Source: Dehalococcoidia bacterium | GTDB lineage: Bacteria > Chloroflexota > Dehalococcoidia > UBA2979 | NCBI GenBank assembly: GCA_030684635.1 | Contig: JAUXUW010000089.1 | Coordinates: 1 to 40,245, forward strand | Direction of reading: 5' to 3' | Length of the DNA: 40,245 nt | Notes under the pieces: model-generated | What the model saw: the letters and a program-made list of their open reading frames with translations, nothing else | The model's database searches: none | Told to the model about the DNA's origin: nothing | Shown: in pieces, positions 38,718-40,245 of the stretch | How the letters are laid out: each line of letters begins with the position of its first letter | Numbering within the stretch: position 1 is the first letter of the stretch | Made by a program: the position numbers and the translations under genes

Positions 38718-39512
38718 CTAGCCCAGCCCGACCAGGCCCTCCAGGCCGACGACCAGATGGTCGCGCTGCATCACCTCGCGGATCGCGAGGACGACGCCGG
38801 GCATGAAGGAGTCGCGCCCGGTGGAGTCGTGGCGGATCGTCAGCACCTGGCCCGTCCCGCCGAAGATCACCTCCTGCGAGGCGACGAAGCCGGGGAGGCG
38901 GACCGAGTGGATCGGGACGCCGCCCCAGGAGGCGCCGCGCGCACCCTCGATGTGTTCGAGGCTGGGAGTGTTCGTCACGAAGTCGGATCCGCGCGCGTCG
39001 CGCATCAGCCGCGCCGTCGCGAGCGAGGTGCCGGAGGGCGAGTCGACCTTGCGGTCGTGGTGAAGTTCGATAATCTCGGCGCTGTCGAAGTAACGCGCGG
39101 CAATCGTCGCCATGTACATCTGCAGCACGGAGCCGATGGCGAAGTTCGCGGCGTAGACGGAGCCGCGGCCGGCCTCCGCGCAGCCGCGACGCAGCCGCTC
39201 GATCACCTCGGCGTCCACGCCGGAGGTGCCGATCACGAGCCGCACGCCATGTTCGAGCGCGGCGTCCACGAGCGCGGGCGTGAAGGCGGCGTTCGTGAAG
39301 TCGACGACCACGTCCGGCCGGGCGACCTCGAACAGCGTGCCCGGGTCGGCGTGGACGCCGAGCACGGTGCCGCTGGTGAGGCGGTGCTCCGGGTCGGCGG
39401 CGCCCTGCGGTTCCAGCACCCCGACGGCCTGCATGTCCGCCTGCGCCTCCACGGTATCGAGCACCAGCCGGCCCATCTGGCCGGCGCCACTGACGGCTAC
39501 CCGGATCATCAT
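38718..39512 (-). CDS. dapB: 4-hydroxy-tetrahydrodipicolinate reductase
   Basis: VAVSGAGQMG, VVDFT, VIGTSG, ANFAIG, EIIELHHDRKVDSPSGT, HSVRLPG, IRHDS. ATG 39512 overlaps the upstream stop (ATGA). Confidence 0.96.
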   Translation of the reverse strand: MMIRVAVSGAGQMGRLVLDTVEAQADMQAVGVLEPQGAADPEHRLTSGTVLGVHADPGTLFEVARPDVVVDFTNAAFTPALVDAALEHGVRLVIGTSGVDAEVIERLRRGCAEAGRGSVYAANFAIGSVLQMYMATIAARYFDSAEIIELHHDRKVDSPSGTSLATARLMRDARGSDFVTNTPSLEHIEGARGASWGGVPIHSVRLPGFVASQEVIFGGTGQVLTIRHDSTGRDSFMPGVVLAIREVMQRDHLVVGLEGLVGLG

Positions 39513-40183
39513 TCGCCTCCGTACCGCGACCGCTCCATGAAGAGCGAGTAGTAGAGCGTACGCGCCTCGTTCATCACATCGTCCGCCTCGGTGCCGGGGG
39601 GACGGTGCCGCAGCGCCTTGAACGCCGCATCGAGCGCGGCCATCCGCACCGGCAGCGCATCCCAAGCCTCCGCGCCGCGCAGGTAGTCCTTCATCCCCTT
39701 GGTCAGCGCGTACAGCGCGTGGGTGAAGTCGTACTCCTCGGTCACCGCGTCCACCACGGGCCGCCCCGCCGAGGCGACCCCGGGCCGCTCGAGGTGGAGC
39801 GTGACGGCGATGGGGATGCCGCGAATGCCCTCGCGTAGCCTCTGCTCGAAGCCTTCGGGCGTGTCGAACGAGAGGTCGAGCGAGTGGAAGACGGACTCGC
39901 CGAGGAGCCAGTGGCGGCCGGAGGGCGCGGGCAGGTCGCTGAACAGGCCGTGCCAGCGGAGCGGCATCGCGCGACGGAGCGCGGCGGCGGCCTGCCAGGC
40001 GCCGTCCGGGCCTTCCACCGCGCAGAACGCGTCCACGTCCGCCCAGCCGTCGTGGTCCTCGCCCGTCAGCGACCCGAAGATCGCGACGCGCGACACGGCC
40101 GGGCAACTCGCGAGCGCCTCGATCACGTCGAGGGCGATGCGGCGCGGGGTGGTGCGGTAGGGGAAGAGCGGGTCTTCGTTCAC
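39509..40183 (-). CDS. Pol-beta superfamily nucleotidyltransferase-domain protein
   Basis: IFGSL....DGWADVD (GS...DxD) motif, later SLDL third Asp, helical C-terminal part. Confidence 0.75.
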   Translation of the reverse strand: MNEDPLFPYRTTPRRIALDVIEALASCPAVSRVAIFGSLTGEDHDGWADVDAFCAVEGPDGAWQAAAALRRAMPLRWHGLFSDLPAPSGRHWLLGESVFHSLDLSFDTPEGFEQRLREGIRGIPIAVTLHLERPGVASAGRPVVDAVTEEYDFTHALYALTKGMKDYLRGAEAWDALPVRMAALDAAFKALRHRPPGTEADDVMNEARTLYYSLFMERSRYGGE

Positions 40184-40245
40184 GGGATGAGCAGGATACT
40201 CGTCGCGCGGGCTGCATCGAAGATCGTGCAGGCAACAGGACGGCC

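Noticed and set aside
38718-40235. 505-aa ORF suggesting a DapB fusion
   Set aside because: The N-terminal half is an off-frame reading of the nucleotidyltransferase gene; dapB starts at 39512.

Overview
GC-rich chromosomal window, most consistent with a Chloroflexota (Dehalococcoidia-like) bacterium; this is an inference from gene content and protein style. It is mostly housekeeping: a MoxR-DUF58-transglutaminase-like operon (truncated at the left edge), two M23 peptidases, a CIRCE-controlled hrcA-grpE-dnaK-(phosphatase)-dnaJ-prmA operon, an ECF sigma factor coupled to fabH, pyrG-DUF2269-tal-rho, purA-(CopD-like)-mug, and dapB...asd-dapA interrupted by a vapBC pair and accessory genes, plus a lower-GC Fic gene. 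I saw no rRNA, tRNA, CRISPR array, integrase or transposase, and no clear-cut new multi-gene system. Best leads: (1) a membrane sensor domain fused directly to a LuxR/NarL HTH with no kinase or receiver; (2) an ECF sigma gene with no canonical in-frame start but a strong SD before an ACG codon, with a similar SD+ATC case at the LysM-M23 gene; (3) a transglutaminase-like protein missing its whole Cys-His-Asp triad, one of several apparent pseudoenzymes; (4) a ~250-bp intergenic element with 36-bp imperfect terminal inverted repeats. All family calls are from motif recognition by eye, not database searches.
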